From Blastocystis sp. subtype 4 (Eukaryota), in assembly GCF_000743755.1 (NCBI RefSeq), contig NW_014569497.1, positions 1 through 45,322 on the forward strand: a stretch of DNA of 45,322 nucleotides, read 5' to 3'. The notes under the pieces were generated by a model. That model had not been told where the DNA came from, did not search any database, and was given only the letters and a program-made list of their open reading frames with translations. Of this stretch, positions 24,701 through 37,878 are shown piece by piece (position 1 is the stretch's first letter; every line of letters starts with the position of its first letter). The position numbers and the translations under genes were made by a program.

Positions 24701-25796
24701 GGATGGAGGAGATTCCAAACAATGCCTGTTTATGCTATGGAGGATGCCAATAAGAGGTTAAGAATGATCAAATATACTCCTGAGTATATGCATTGTCAAG
24801 CTGCTTTCTATGGACCTGCTGTCCCTCCAAATACTGGTCTACTGGCTATTCAAAAACTTGCCAATAATACCCCTGAATTCAGGATTGCTGCTACTGGTAC
24901 TGTGTTGGAACAGAATGAACATTTCCGAATTGTGAAGAAATTAAAGCTCGTGGGGTAACGTTGAGGAGTCAAAGTGATTTGTAGTCATCCATTCAAGATT
25001 TTTAAGAATACTGCTTTCATCAAGGATATGTTCAATTCTTCAATTGAAGTGGCTCGTTTCGAAGGTGTCAAAATCCAGACTGTTTCTGGCATTCGGGGTC
25101 AGATTAAGCACAAGTGTCCTGGACCAGCAGGATCCTTCCGAGCTACGTTTGAAGATCAGATTGTGATGTCAGATATCGTATTCTGTCGTACATGGGCTCC
25201 CGTGCCAATCCAGCGGTACTACAATCCAATGAACGACCATTTGGTGGATGACGTTTCGGTGGGTATTTTTGGCATTGAATGAGAGATAGAAATGGGTTCG
25301 AATGCGTACAACTCGAGAACTTCGCCAACAAACTGGTGCTGCTGTGCCAACGAATCCGGATAGCGAATATAAGCCTGTGGTTCGTAAGGAGAAGGTGATG
25401 CCAGAGATTCGAATTCCATCGAAACTCCAGAAGGATTTACCATTCAATCTTCAGGAAAAGACACGGGCAATGGTGGAGGAGAAACGAAAGAGACGAGAGA
25501 GAAAGAGAAAGCCGAAAGCAGATGAGATTCCGGAGAAATTGGTTGTGGACCATGAAGATCGCAAGAAGTGAGTATGAGAAGTGAGAATCATGAATAGGAA
25601 TTCAATGGTGCAGCGATTGATGTTAATGCGCGAAACAATGATGAAAACTCGTGAGTTGAAGAGACAGCAGAAGTTAGAAGAGAAGAGAAAGAAGGAGGAG
25701 AGAGAAGAACTAAAGCGAAAGGCTGTGATGGATGCACGAAAGAAACGATCCTATGCTTTGAAAGGAGCTGCAGAAAAGAGACGCCAGCAACAGTAA
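21725..25796 (+). CDS. BMS1: Ribosome biogenesis GTPase BMS1
   Basis: [34 protein letters not shown], long acidic linker, [30 protein letters not shown]. Confidence 0.96.
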
Positions 25797-25879
25797 TATC
25801 ATTTATGACGTGTTTGTAACTGAAACAAAAAACGGATCTATTTTGGTCACCGGAAAAAGAGTTCATAGATTCTTTTGAA

Positions 25880-26313
25880 ATGATTACTGTTACTGTGATA
25901 TTACCTTTAATTGTGATGTGTGGTGTGGGTATGGGTGCTGTCAAGTCAATGAAGTACTAGTGGCTTCGACACTCTGTGGAGGCATCTCTTCGACTACTGT
26001 AGATAGTCATATTGAGAAAATGGTTGCTGACTTCAAGGGAGAGGTCGAAAGTCGATTGAATGAACAGTTCACTACTTTTAAGCCTGTTGAAGCTACCCAC
26101 CAAGTTGTAGAATTAGATTTGAGCGTTTGAGGTGTAGGTGGCTGGAATGAACTATCGTGTTAAAGTGGACATTGGTGACAACAAGGCTATTTTCTTGCAG
26201 TTGTAACAGTTTTATGGGTTGATTTTAAACCTAGTTATGATCGCTTTGGTGATGTCTCCCTGACAAGTGTGGAAACTGGAAAAACCCTTCAGGATTCTCT
26301 TCTTCCCTATTGA
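25880..26313 (+). CDS. Type-1 cystatin (stefin) with hydrophobic N-terminal extension
   Basis: Spliced MITVTVILPLIVMCGVVASTLCGGISS...ATHQVVAGMNYRVKVDIGD...KTLQDSLLPY*; QVVAG motif; three introns. Confidence 0.88.
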
Positions 26314-26362
26314 GTTCGTTAATGAGATTTGTTGCAACAATAATTCCACAATATGATACAAA

Positions 26363-26675
26363 TTAAGCTAATTCATCGCTACTATCTTGCCAATCACTCT
26401 TATCCGAATCGCTCTCGGAAGAGGATTCCCCAAACTCCAATGGTTTATGATAAATACAGCATTCTATCCATTAGTACTTCCTTTCTACATGTACTTTTCG
26501 AACTACGATGATGCATATGTTCATTGTCTATCGTATCCTCTGTCCAATGTACATGAGGTCGTAGCCGTAATTCATAAATATTCGAACTGTTTGTTGTTCG
26601 TTTTGTTGTCTCTACAAGATCATTGTTCCAACAAATGAACAAACTGGTCTCTGATTTCACTCGCACCTGGGACAT
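26363..26675 (-). CDS. PPP1R11: Protein phosphatase 1 inhibitor-3 (Ypi1)
   Basis: [38 protein letters not shown] after removing a 31-nt intron. Confidence 0.9.
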
Positions 26676-26820
26676 ACTTTCTCTTCAAAGACTAAACAAT
26701 TTTGTTTTTGTTTGTGAATAGAAATCTGTACTTTTTCTGGAATCAGTTCCCAACTTTCCAAATAGAAAGGTTCTTTTCAGCCTTGATTTCTTATTCACTT
26801 AGTTTCATCCCACTAATCAG

Positions 26821-28534
26821 ATGGCAAAGAGATCAGGTCGAGGAAGACAACAGCCGCATTCCAAAAAGCCAACTAGGACCCAAGGCGAATCAAGGAGGAA
26901 TGATGATATTGACTGGAACATTTCCAGTGATGAGGCTGAAGGAGAGGAAAATCTCGAGTTCCAGTCGGTGTCAGATAATTCAGAAGAGGAAGTGAATCCA
27001 GAGGATTTGGAAACGGCTGAGGAACGAAAACTGCGATTGGCAAAGGAGTATTTGGAAAAGGTCCGCTTAGAGGAGGAAGAGAAGGATGAGGATGGTGCTT
27101 CTGATTATTCTGGAACGGAAGATGAGGGCGTTGAGGAACGAATCGAGAAACGACTACAGCGAGAAGCTGATGAGGTCTTTATTGTATTTTTGTTTTATAC
27201 GTAGGCAAAGGGTCGTATATTCAAAGAGGTGGCATCCCAATTGAAGGAGACGGCTCTTCCTGAAGGTCGGTTCTGTAAAGGTCATTTGGTTTTCGTTTGA
27301 TTGGAGTATAATCATATAGATGCCTGTGACATGTACAGATATATCTGGAGATGAAAAGTATATTGTGAGTGGAGGAAAAGATTGCAAAGCCTGCTTGTGG
27401 GATACGGAAACTGGAAAAGTGATTACGGTCTTTGAAGGAAAACGAGAACGTGTTGATAGTCCTAAACGCAAAGAATTGAATTGTCATCGAGGTGAAGTTC
27501 TTGCGATTCAAATGTCGTATGATGGCAAGTATGTTGTAACTGCAGGTCGTGAAGGGCTGATTCGTATCTGGGATAGTCGTGTTGGAGGACTGATAGGAGA
27601 AGAAACGGCAGAATCGGTTGTGAACACTGTCAATAAAGCAAATGGACGGCATATTTTGCATGTAACAGATTGTAAGGAGATTCTTCGAGGACATCGAGGA
27701 ATGATCTCTTCCCTTCTTCTTCAGCGAGACAATGTTGTATGAATCAAGGGAATCATTTGAATTCTAGTTGTATTCTGGTGGTGTCGATAATACCCTTAAA
27801 TTATGGAATATCGTAGATACAACCTATATTGATACGTTGTTTGTCTTCTTTCAGATGTACTGATCTATAGATATGGACATGATACTCTGATCACCTCCAT
27901 CAGTGGTCAACGAACATCACTTCCCTCTCACAACAACACTCGGATTATTTCGTGTTCAACTGATAATACCCTTCGTTTATGGAAGATTGAAGCCAATACT
28001 CAGATGGTATATCGAGGTCGACGAATGGATGTGAGTATGGAATGTTGTACCATGGTATCATCAACTTATTTCCTAACTGGAGATATGAACGGAAGTGTCA
28101 ATATGTTTACTGCAGACAAGAAGAAGTCTGTATATTCTGTTAAAGTAGTATTGAGAGTGAAAGGTGAAGGATAGAATGCACACGGCTTTGATGAGGGAAA
28201 AGAGAAGTGGGTTGTGAGTTTGGGTTCGTTACCATTAACGAATCTAGCTGCTTCTGGTTCGTATTCGGATTGTGTTCGATTTTGGGATGTGAATCCCTCA
28301 AATCGTGATAAGGATGGAGAAATTCTGAAACCTGTAGCTTCGCTTCCGATGGTATGAATTAGGTCGATATGTTACTCGTAGAAGGGATTTGTGAATTCTA
28401 TTTCGTTTGCTCCTTCTGGAAGATTTGTTGTTATGGGTGTGGGACAAGAACACCGTATGGGTAGATGGTGGCGTTGCAAGGGGGTAAAGAATGGAATCTA
28501 CATCCAGAATTTGAATCTCGATTTATCTGTTTAA
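26821..28534 (+). CDS. RRP9: U3 snoRNP WD40 protein RRP9 (U3-55K)
   Basis: ETAEERKLRLAKEYL, WD repeats, C-terminal GFVNSISF...GVGQEHRMGRWW. Confidence 0.92.
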
Positions 28535-28564
28535 TTCTTTTATGAACAAACTGTTTGATTTAAT

Positions 28565-29534
28565 TTAGTCTAGTAACTCGGGATGGTCAGTCCAGAACGG
28601 TTTATCACGAATTACATCACAGTGAAGTACAACTGTTTCATACGAATTCTCACTCATGGACATAACCTCTTCCTTTGTTAATGATGTACTGATTGTATTC
28701 GGTTGTTTCTCCAATCGTCGAAGTATCAAGTCACGTTTTTCACGAATAATGATACTTCCCTTCTTAAACCTACAAATCAGTCAACATGAAGGAAACTTCA
28801 CATTTCCGACTCATTGTTATAATTGATACCAAATTGAGTGAACAGAAGTTCATTCTTATCTGAACTCAAACTACCATTCAAAATCTTCTCTGCATCCGTA
28901 GTCGATTTGCCTCCCTGTAGGACCAATGCCCAAAAAGCAGTATTATACAAATTGTTGATATGTGTGTCAGCTTGTCGCCATGATATGTAGTCACGTATAT
29001 TCTACATTAAATAATGAAATAGAAGACGACTTGAAGAGTAGGATAAATGATGACTCGACCATCAAATGAAGGAGGATACTGTAATGGTACGGACATAAAT
29101 TGTGGCCAATAGAAGACATAAAGGGATGAGAACTGTGAAACAATAGTGGTCAAAATCTTCTCTCGACGACGATTGAATAGTGTTGCTTTCCGCTTGAAGA
29201 CAAAAGAATACTCGTCACTTTCACCAATAGCTAAGACACAATCTCCAAGTGACTTCAAGATCTCGGTTGCCACCTAGAATTTCATATCTGCCAGTGAATA
29301 TCAACTTTATTCATCAATGATAAGGCACGCTGATCATTTGGTTTCTCAAAATTGTGAGCTTCGGTAAATCTAGCAATTAACTTCCATCAAAGATTCCCAC
29401 TTGTGAAATCCCTTTCCGTCTACCCGTACAACGAAATAGGTGTTCAAAAGGATTCGATCATCCTGTTCAAAATGTTTCACATATCTTCAATTGATGTATA
29501 TAAGGAAGGCATACTGATATTTCGTATTCGCCAT
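28565..29534 (-). CDS. THG1: tRNA(His) guanylyltransferase
   Basis: [61 protein letters not shown]. Confidence 0.95.
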
Positions 29535-30331
29535 TTGGAAGACTATTCAGGAAGCGTTGGCAAATAAATCATATTCTTTTGGAATGGAAATAATCGGTCC
29601 CCTTTATGGAATCATTGTAAACAGAATGTGAATAAAAAACAAATACATAATATGAGCTGTATTTGAAGTAGTGAGCATTCGTTCTCTTCTCATGGATTTA
29701 AACTCTGTTTCGTCTTCTATTCTGTGATGGAATGAGATTATAAGAACTATTCAAGATTGAAGAAAATGAGAATGAACAAAGAGAATGAATTGTCTATGAT
29801 ACAACAATTTGTGATTTTGCTTTCGATAATTATATGTACCACGATTTCTCTGTCGAATGAATCGATCAAGAGAATCCGCATCTCAATCGTCAATCATCAC
29901 TATCCAAATCACTTTATCTATCCTGTGAAATTCTTTTCATTTACTTTAAACGTTAAAGAGAAGGGAGATCTGACAATATCATTATCACTCATAATATTCA
30001 TTATCAATCATTCTATTCACTAGTATTACAATCACTAACAAGAGCATTGATTCAAAGAGTGATGGATTGAAGTTGAGTCACATCTCATTCATACTCTCAA
30101 GTACTATTAAATGTCACCAAAAGAATACCCACAATACAGCTGAATGGATATGAGAGAAGGGAGATTCTTCAATTCCAATGATTGATACCAGTAGAATGAA
30201 TAATCTCCAATAGATTTACTCAATTCATCACAATTCATTATCTACACTTATACTCTCTTCTAATCACTCATGAAAGCATTAAACCCTAATAATCTGCGTA
30301 CATATACCAATAATATATGAGAAATAGAGAA

Positions 30332-30439
30332 AAGAACAGCATTGAGACTTCTCAGCGGGTCCCCCACACTGGTACTAACTCAACTCGTAATGACTTAGCT
30401 TCCTAGATCAGACGGGTTAGGCTAGATATGACCGTTCTT
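30332..30439 (-). rRNA. 5S rRNA gene or pseudogene, about 108 nt, internal deletion in helix II
   Basis: Minus strand AAGAACGGTCATATC-TAGCCTAACCCGTCTGATCTAGGAAGCTAAGTCATTACGAGTTGAGTTAGTACCAGTGTGGGGGACCCGCTGAGAAGTCTCAATGCTGTTCTT; terminal helix I pairs; box A, TTAGTAC and box C-like elements; T4 run at the 3' end. Confidence 0.85.
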
Positions 30440-30667
30440 GTTTTATTTCTTTCACTAACTCTTTTCAACAACACGTTCTTATCTTCATATTACTCTCACT
30501 TCTTCCATAATCCTGTTAAAACTTAATATCATATTAATATATTGGGTCTATGAATGATATTCACCATTAGTCATTTACACTTGTGATTGCCAATATTGGG
30601 GAGAATTCAGAAGAGACAAGAATATACCCGATTTTTTCCACTAAGTAAAAAGGAAGAGTAAATAAAC

Positions 30668-32068
30668 ATGCAGTATATTCAGATATCAGATGCAGAGAGA
30701 AAGAAGGTAAATAAGTTTAGGAAACTCATTAAGAATACTGGTAAAGGAAAGGTCTTTTTGGGATGCATAGGTCTTTCGATTGATCTACCAGATGAATCAC
30801 TCTATCGTTATCTCGTCTCTTCAAACTATGGAGTGGTTCCTGCTTGTAATGATTGGTTGGTGATACAACTTTGTAGTGAGAAAATTAACCAACATGATCA
30901 CTTGGAGGGATACACATCATATTGACACTCTACTTAGTGATATGTATGTAAAACAAGTAAGTTCGGTGTTTTCTTGTCATTCTAGCTTGTATCAATCCTT
31001 TCAAAGAAATTACGGTTCACTGAACATGGCTACGATTCGCTCAATAGAGTAGCTTCTTCCTTACTTCTCTAACGTGTAGCCTCTAACGATTATGGCAGTT
31101 GGTGCGTTCAACTTATGTGAGATTTTGAAGGTAATACCAATTTGGTGCACTTACTTAAAGGAATACGAAATCGAAGATATTCTATTAGTCTTTTATTATT
31201 ATACAGAATACATAGAGAAGAAGTGCCAAAACATATCTAAACATTTAGGACGAGATTATACTGGTAATGTAACAATAATGGATATGGAAGGATTATCACT
31301 GCGCACTCATTTCCATCCCAAAGCAATCACCATATTTAGAGTGATATGTTTTTCTCTTGATTTCCTTTAGACCATTGTACTAGCAAATACATATTGTTAT
31401 CCAGAATCTTGTCAACAAGTATATATTGTAAACTCACCTCCTATTTTCTCATTCTTTTGGAGTTGTCGTGATAGGAGCAGAGGTTGATTAGTAGTGATCT
31501 TGCCGATTATGAATAAGATGCAATATTCGAAAATGAAAGTGATAAATGATGTGTAGGAATCTATAATCATATTCATGTTAGAAAAGAGTTTTTAGAATTC
31601 TTTCCTTCAGATCAGCTTCCGAGTCGTTATGGTGGCTCCTGCCATTGCCCGGCAGAGAGCATCTTGTTTGATAATGTTAAGAAGGTATGCGTTTGGAGTG
31701 GTGATAACCGGTAGACTGGGGTATCAATGAGTGGTGTATTGCGAATTCCTCCTAATGGAATTGGTAAAGCAGGTGATAGATGTGATGATCATGAATAGAT
31801 GGAACAAACTGTAGAAGAAGGTGCTCATGTGATTGTCTCGTTTTCATCTCTAAATAAAGTGTCATATTCGGCTTATTCAACAGTAGCTTCGGGTAATGGC
31901 TTTCATTATTATGTCAAGAAACGATTAGCAATTGCGGACAGGACTGTGAATATATCATTTGTTATTCTCTTTTCAGGCCGTTTCGTCTTTGAGTTTTCTT
32001 GTCCGGATACACATGATCAAGAATGTATCGTTGGTTATGAACTAAATGTTGAATACTATCTTTCTTAA
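30668..32068 (+). CDS. CRAL-TRIO (Sec14-like) lipid-binding protein with GOLD-like C-terminus
   Basis: LPDESLYRYL, HGYDSLNRP, IMDMEGLS, YPESCQQVYIVNSP, DQLPSRYGG. Confidence 0.85.
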
Positions 32069-32136
32069 CAAACACTCAAATACATATAAGCATTCGCTTA
32101 AGAATCAATCCGTTCTAAGAATTTGTATCAAAACAC

Positions 32137-33990
32137 TTATTCACTTGGAGAAGACAATGTGGATTCTGTAACCTGACTGGATACAGAATGACTTGAAGAA
32201 GAGGATCCTGAAGTCCTCTTAGGAGGTTTTGCAGGCTTAACAGGTTTCACAGGTTTCGGAAGTGGACCCCGATGCATTGGCTTTGGAGGTTTCACGGGTT
32301 TGATTGGTTTGGTTAATTCTTTCGGTTTGGGAGGAAGAGAAGGAGGTGTATGACGCTTTGTCTGAGTTGGAGTAGATTTAATCAGTTGCTCCTTCAATTT
32401 ATCCATGATAAGATGCGTTTCCTTCATAGATGCAACTTCCATTTCTTGAACTGTAGTATCATTCTTCATTGGACTCACTCGCATTGATTGAGGTTTCTCC
32501 GGTTTCTACTTTAGATCCATTCTTCAATCTTACTTGAGGAGCTGTTGGAGTTGGATTTGCCATCAACATATAAGTAGCATTTCTCTGACCATCACCAATA
32601 CGTTGAACCAATCGTAAATCAATCACATAACAGAGATAGAACTCTTTACAGTTTTCCATAAAAGAAGTCACCTCTTTAGGAGCATCAGTACTACTGCGCA
32701 TAATAATCATGGTTTTTTCACCTTGTCGCATGAGTTTCAGTTTATGATCAATCAATTCTGTAATGACATTATTCTTGAGATCAAAGATTCTATTCAAAAC
32801 TACATCTGATTTGCCAATAACGTGATAAATTGGATTCTTATTCGTATTGAAGAATTGATACATGTATCCTCGAATCGAATTCCAAATATATAAATGAACG
32901 CGCAGAACCACAGTATCGGTATCCTATACAATGAAAGAATATATGAACCACATACATCAGGATGACGACCATATCGATCATTCATTCGAAGTGTTTGCAT
33001 TGTGATATGATTAATGCGAAGATCATCACTACACTGTAGTGAAGGCATCGAAAAAGGGATAATTCGCTCCAGTGGACTATAACCCTATAAATCACTTTTC
33101 TTCTCTGTCATCACTTCATCTTTAAAGCTATCCATCCATACTATCTCACAGTAGCGGATATCACAGTAACCATCCTTTCCATTTCCTTCCAATAACAAAT
33201 ACTGACCATCTTCACTACATCTCAATGAAATCATACAAAACCAACATGTCAATCAAGACATACTCTTCTCCACTCTGGACAGAAATGAGTTTTCTTCCAG
33301 TTGCATTCTCTTCATCTTCCGTAATGATGTTTGTTGTATTTACATGTACTTTCCATCTAGGACAGGGGGCAATGCGCGTCTATCGATAAGCAAGTCTCAA
33401 AATAGTCACTCTAGGAATTGGTTGTAACCACTTCAAAATTACAGGAGTAACCATTTGATGAACAGCAAAATACTACAATCAACCTAACTAGAAATACCTA
33501 CAGCAAAAAAGTCATGCACAATACCTTTATACAAGTCTCTAGGTGTAGTTGCAGTAGGCAGATTAGGTATATACAGTAATGGGTATTTACAACGAATTGC
33601 CTTCTCTAACTCAAGAAAGAGATTGTGAGTTAATTCTGCAATATAGTCACCATTACCAGCTATAATATGACACAGGATACTAGAGCTTAATCAGTGCAAC
33701 ATTCTTTACGTAGTAATAGACTGGTCCCCATCCTGAGAGACCTTGTCAAACTGAATGATATCCAAATTAGAAATACCTTTCTTTCCTATAAATTCTTCAA
33801 ATTCCGGTTCAGGAGGAAGCTCTTCAACATAGTTATAAGGAAACGTCCCGATACGACCATCTGCTGATTCTCCTACCCACCAAAGGTTTCCAGGTAACTT
33901 ATTAATAATAGTAACGATCTCACCTTCCCTCAGTGGCAAATCAGAGGACACAGCACCATCAAACTGATAGAGTGCTCTAGCACGCTGCAT
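32137..33990 (-). CDS. SH3-domain protein with possible PX/PH regions and Pro/Lys-rich tail
   Basis: ARALYQFDG..DLPLREGEIVTI..WWVG..GTFPYNYVE; PX-like KYPLLYIPNLP; C-terminal PVKPVKP repeats. Confidence 0.7.
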
Positions 33991-34116
33991 CTCCTTCTCT
34001 GTCTGATTTGTGATTATCACCCTATGTCCTATCAGTTGAGTCCAAAAAATCGGTCCGATTTTTGGACTCCATGTCAGATCCCAATACTCTTCAGCTACTT
34101 GGTCTCCAAGGATATA

Positions 34117-35882
34117 ATGCAAGAATTTCACTTGTAAGGATTGTTGAAATTGATTTATGGAAGAGAGGGAAAGTATGCGGATGAGTTGTTAACCAACTCC
34201 AATTATGCTACAAAGAGTCAGAATCAGACAGAAAACCGCATGCAAATTGAATATAAACCATTGTTTGAACGGTTTGTAAATGAAGACAAATCATTCAAAA
34301 AACAAGTATTAAATATGTGGTTTCTATTACTCTTATAGTATAACTCCTTTTATGAAGCAAGATTGAAAGAGACAAGGCCGCTGTTGGTTGAGGCTGTCAA
34401 AAGAAAATGGGGCAAGAATGTTGACGTTCTACGTAATTGAATTGGTTTAGGATCATTGCTAGAAGATATTTGTCAATTAGTTTCCAATCAGGATTGTGTC
34501 ATTATTGGGACAATGTAGAACAGATCTGAAAATGGTAATCCGTAGTTATAAGGAGTTGTCACTGTTTAAGAGTATACTAAATGAGGTTTGAATGGACAGT
34601 AGAAATCAGTTCTAGAAGGCTTCGTCTGCTTTCAATCCACAATTAATTGGAGTAACGAATGTTCATGGCATCTTCATGACTAGACTCAATTCCTTCCAAA
34701 GAATAGTCTTCATGGTCCTCTCTCTCAAGAGGGAGATCCAATTGTCTTAGAAGATTCGACTACACGGATTCTCTTAAAGTGTTTTCCAGATCCTATTGTG
34801 ACTGGAGTGGTCTTAGCAGTTCGAGGTTATGTATTCTCCTTCTGCTTGGTCTTATTCATAGATGGATGATAGTGGTGATTTCATGGTTACCTCAGTATGC
34901 TATGTTCATGATACTGTGGAAGCGTGTAATTCTCTATTCGATACATCTGCTCCAAAGGACCCATATCTATTGTGTGTATCTGGTCTCATGATTGGAGCTA
35001 GTTTGAATGTTCGAACTCATCTACTCTTTGAATTTATAAGCAGTCAAATTGGATTTATAGAGGTTGAATTTGAATATAATTCTGAAGACATAGGACGTAA
35101 AACTGTCATCTCATATTGGACACGTGATCCTGCTTGGAAACAGTAGTAATTTGCTTCGAGAGCCTTTTCAACACATTCGACCAGATCCAAATATCTTAAA
35201 CGAAGCATTATCTTGTGTCGATAATTTGGATGTGGTTCTTTCCGAAATCCTTCCTTCAGTCCCTGTTACTATAGTTCCTGGAGGTACAGATGCAACGTCT
35301 ATGCTCATTCCTCAACAGCCTCTTCATCCGTCTCTCTTCCCAAGATCATTACATTACTCTTCTCTAGAATGTGCGACCAATCCTTATATGGCTTCCTTCA
35401 ATGGAAAGGTGTTTGTAATGACTTCGGGTCAGAACATTTTGGATATTGTTAGACAGGTTCCTGGATCACCATCAACTAGTGATCTATTAGCAGCGACATT
35501 GCGATGGGGAAGTCTCTTCCCAACCAATCCCAATACTTGTCGTAGGAAATGAGGAATAAACTCAAGACTAGCTGGGTTTCCTTTTAGTTCAAGAGATCCG
35601 TTCATTGTGAATGAGATTCCTGATGTGTATGTGGTTGGGAATCAAGCTACTTTTGAGGTGGATCGACGGATTATTGATGGGAAAACAGTTACTCTGATTA
35701 CATTACCGTCGTTTGCCACTTCTGGAACTGCTGCAATGATTAATCTTCGAACTCTTTCTGTAACCCCAATTTGCTTCGATACGACGGAAATGGAAGAGGA
35801 AACGAAGGAAGAGGAAGAAAAGAAGGTGGAAGAGGAAGATGTTATTATTGACGAGGATATTGCAAATGAAGATGACCAGTGA
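34117..35882 (+). CDS. POLD2: DNA polymerase delta subunit 2
   Basis: QYNSFYEARL, CVIIGT, VLEDSTTRI, VTGVVLAVRG, VPGGTDATSMLIPQQPLHP, TNPY, TSGQNILD, DPFIVNEIPDVYVVGNQ. Confidence 0.92.
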
Positions 35883-35905
35883 CGTGATTGTTCAACAAAC
35901 ATACG

Positions 35906-36750
35906 TAATTTGACTTAGAATACAAAGACATGAGGTCGTTTGCACGACGTAATTCCTGACTTAACCTATAATAATTGGATTCCGAAAGTGAAAAAGAACA
36001 TTCTTGAACTCTCTACAAATGAGATAATGAAGTTATTCCTGCTTGTTGCTTGCCATCCTGAATCACAAATACTCCATTGGCTGATGATACCTGAAAAGAC
36101 AAATTATTACAAATATACTATCGATCAAATGCATGTTCTATTCTCACTCGTCCGCCATTGTCATTGATAACAGCTTGAATATTCCAATCAAATGCAAAAT
36201 CGCTCGATAACTACGAGTAAATTCGAGTCTACTGTTCGTACAAGGACAGACTGAGATGAAAGGACACGAGTAAGATCCACTTTATTCTCTGAATAAGGAC
36301 GACATATAGACAACTGATAGGGATACGGAAGACCAAGTTTCTGTAAGTCTGCTGATAGCATGGCTTCTGTTAGCGAGAACTTTGTTGCATTCTTAAGGAT
36401 CAATGACAGGGAGCCGAAGATCGACTAAAATCGACACTATTTACAAGGATTACTTTGATTTCCGAAATCTGGTCATGTGATGTTATATAACTCTGAATCT
36501 TGATTTTACAACTCTTCTTCATTAATTACTTTTGAGTATTTCAAAGAACCTGTAAGCAAGAAATCGATTACTGCTTCGGTGAAGACTTTGACCGATTTTT
36601 CAGACTAAGAATCACCAGAAAAGACCATTTCACACAAAACGAGAAAAACGAATGACATTTGCAGCAAGCCATTCAGGAGCTTCTTGATCACCAAAGAGTA
36701 GTAACTAGGGCAAATTACAACGAAACAGGAGACCATACATGTTCGCTCAT
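35906..36750 (-). CDS. COMMD4: COMM domain protein 4-like; stop codon apparently made by polyadenylation
   Basis: FGDQEAPEWLAA, LSLILKNATKF...LSADLQKLGLP, C-terminal ELRRANDLM; ends AAT TA, 4 nt, TGTTTGTT (35894-35901). Confidence 0.75.
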
Positions 36751-37049
36751 CAAGATTCTGGTGATTGGTCACTTAATATACTGATAGACGAAAAGGATGG
36801 ATCCTTCAAGACTGTTTATTCTATCTATTTGTGTTTCTGATCTTTTGACTATATAGCTGTTTCTATCAGACAACTTATGTTTTCAAGAAGAATTTGCACC
36901 AATTTGTGAAAAACGATTGTTTCCAAAAAGAAGAGTCGCACAAATCGATGGAAGACTGACGCAACGACATACTCTCTTTCCACGATTCCTTACAAATTGT
37001 TACGTTATTGAGTATTTGTTGCGTTTTACAAACTTCTCAATTGTTTAGT

Positions 37050-37878
37050 ATGTTTAATTTGAGTGCTGTACCGGAAATCGGACTTGGTGATATGTGAGTT
37101 ATTGTTCTGATGTCTAGGATCGAAAACGATATGCGATATTTGTATGCGCAAACAATCCTCTGAATACTTTAACTGTGGCATTCACAAAATGTGTGATGTC
37201 TGTGGACAAAGGTTCCAATCCTCGGGCAGTTGCCCACTGTGTGGAAGAAGCAATCAGCGTAGCATCGAGAAGGTAGTAGTAAGCTAACGTGGTCATTGCT
37301 AGTTTGCGGGACGAGTTCCTGTGGTAATACCCTCTACTTATAATCCAAATGAGGTGTGTCTGAATGTCCCTGACCTTCCATTCATCGAAGAGGAAGAAAG
37401 TATGCAGAAGAGTGGAAGTGATAGTTCCCTTATGAATTCACTTTCTTCATCAGAAATGATGTTCAGTGATAATGAAAATGAAATAAATCATCCCCTCGGG
37501 TCTGAGGGGTGTGATGATTGTGATGACTTTTTCGCTTCATTAGATGCTAAGACATGTAACGCTGATCTTCCGTGTTGTGGTTTAATGCATTCTGGTTTGT
37601 CATTGTACCGTCCTACGCTATATGCGGACTCGTTAAATCCGGAACAAGATCGTATAAGCGATTTTGCCATTTCCAGCCGTCAGGTCCAGCCACTTAGTGC
37701 CGCTTTCGTGTCCTGTGATCTTACGCATGATGTCGAGAGACCAGCGTCTGTCGATGATAACGGCTGTAAGAGAGTAGGGATACAGCGTAGTTGTAATTGG
37801 TAGAGAACATTACAGAAAGCAAAGTGTCTGTCGGGATCCGAGTTTCAGAGAATGATTGAGATGTGCAAAGATATGTGA
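37050..37878 (+). CDS. RING-finger (C3HC4-like) protein
   Basis: Spliced frame CDICMRKQSSEYFNCGIHKMCDVCGQRFQSSGSCPLC (not in the ORF track), then a Ser/acidic region; TGA 37876-37878. Confidence 0.7.

Noticed and set aside
29535..30320. AT-rich gap with an 88-aa ORF (29757-30023)
   Set aside because: Low-complexity composition, non-ATG start, no recognisable domain or tRNA/snRNA
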